Below, in pieces: positions 63,174-64,000 of a DNA stretch of 64,000 nucleotides (position 1 is its first letter; the number at the start of each line of letters is the position of its first letter). The translations under genes and the position numbers were made by a program. The notes under the pieces are model-generated. The model had not been told where the DNA came from. It was given only the letters and a program-made list of their open reading frames with translations, and made no database searches. The stretch comes from Acidobacteriota bacterium (lineage in GTDB: Bacteria; Acidobacteriota; Thermoanaerobaculia; Multivoradales; JBCCEF01), in NCBI GenBank assembly GCA_039030395.1, contig JBCCEF010000001.1:417315-481314 (forward strand). The letters are read 5' to 3'.

Positions 63174-63219
63174 CGAAAAATTCTCCGCTGAGTCCAGAAA
63201 AAAGGAAAAGGATGGATGC

Positions 63220-63693
63220 TTACGGTTCCGGCACCCACTCCATCAGGTAGTAGACGCCCTGCTCCTCAATCATGCGAAAGCCGAGGCGTTTGTACAGGGT
63301 CATCGCCGGGTTATTCTGTTCGACGTGAATGCGGACGAGCAGGCCGGCCTCGCCGGCCTCCGCCAGCAGCTCCTTCACCAACCGGCCGCCGATGCCGCCG
63401 CGCCGATGCTCCGGCAGAAGAGCGATATCGATCAGGCGAATCTCGTCCTCGCGCCGATCCACGTACAGCCGGCCGACCGGCTCGCCATCGGCCTCGATCA
63501 CATCGAAGGCGGCATCCGCAAAGTGCTCTTGGTAGTAGGTGTGCTGGGCGTGGAACTGCATATCGAGAAAGGCCTGCTTCTCTCCATCACTCCAGGGCAC
63601 CTGAGCCAACTCCTCTACCCGCGTGCCGGCATAGACCCGCCGCATGAACGGTAGGTCCGCCTCGGTCATCGGTCGCAATGTGATCTCGGACAT
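63220..63693 (-). CDS. GNAT family N-acetyltransferase
   Basis: Motif A RRGGIGGRLVKELLAEAGEAGL, plus LYKRLGF. Confidence 0.7.
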   Translation of the reverse strand: MSEITLRPMTEADLPFMRRVYAGTRVEELAQVPWSDGEKQAFLDMQFHAQHTYYQEHFADAAFDVIEADGEPVGRLYVDRREDEIRLIDIALLPEHRRGGIGGRLVKELLAEAGEAGLLVRIHVEQNNPAMTLYKRLGFRMIEEQGVYYLMEWVPEP

Positions 63694-63752
63694 CGGATGG
63701 AAATTCTAGCGAGAGATCTTGGGAGGTACAGGACCTCCCAAGATTCAGCCCA

Positions 63753-64000
63753 TCAGTCCCAGGGCTCGACCTTGACGTTGGTCTCTTCGCTGACGTTGAA
63801 GACCCGAATCACCTTGGGCACATGTTCCATCTGGTGCTCCGTCGTACCGGAAGCGATCACATAGGTGCGGCTGCCGTCACGATACGGCGGCTTCTGCACC
63901 AGCAGGCGCCACTCGTCGGGCCGGTCGGCCTGCGGCACGATCATGGCGGTCCAACCGCTGTCCGGAAAACTCATCGTAGCGATGACGTACAGCACACCAT
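63753..64000 (-). CDS. Hypothetical protein (5' end probably beyond the window)
   Basis: ORF 63753..63995 continues in frame to the window edge. No recognisable domain. Confidence 0.25.
   Translation of the reverse strand, partial: GVLYVIATMSFPDSGWTAMIVPQADRPDEWRLLVQKPPYRDGSRTYVIASGTTEHQMEHVPKVIRVFNVSEETNVKVEPWD

Overview
This is a GC-rich (~68%) window densely packed with chromosomal bacterial genes. The gene content suggests an Acidobacteriota-like organism, held at low confidence: an ECF sigma factor next to a Ser/Thr kinase with TPR repeats, many TPR and DUF proteins, and secreted proteins with TonB C-terminal domains. No rRNA, tRNA, CRISPR array, transposase or integrase is visible. Gene starts below are best guesses from reading frames and RBS-like purine runs.

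Recognisable features:
- A partial ECF sigma factor and a kinase with extracytoplasmic TPR repeats, followed by a convergent thioredoxin, ECF sigma and anti-sigma operon.
- A bacterial animal-haem-type peroxidase sitting behind an AT-rich divergent promoter that contains a perfect 12-bp palindrome.
- An ABC-F ATPase, tyrA, and a canonical TPP riboswitch upstream of thiC.
- A lone dnaE2.
- An overlapping tetR, membrane-fusion protein and RND operon in which the RND permease is fused in-frame to a TolC-like outer-membrane factor.
- gdhA, and three paralogous secreted proteins with TonB C-terminal domains.

The most unusual region is 56.6–62.1 kb. It holds a stand-alone cNMP-binding protein translationally coupled to a membrane-anchored NACHT NTPase whose C-terminal domain drops sharply in GC, then fpg/nei, then a tandem array of four paralogous secreted cysteine-rich ~150-aa proteins. 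Those proteins have an invariant tail, a hypervariable Cys core, and signs of gene conversion between copies. The array is the best candidate for an undescribed system.
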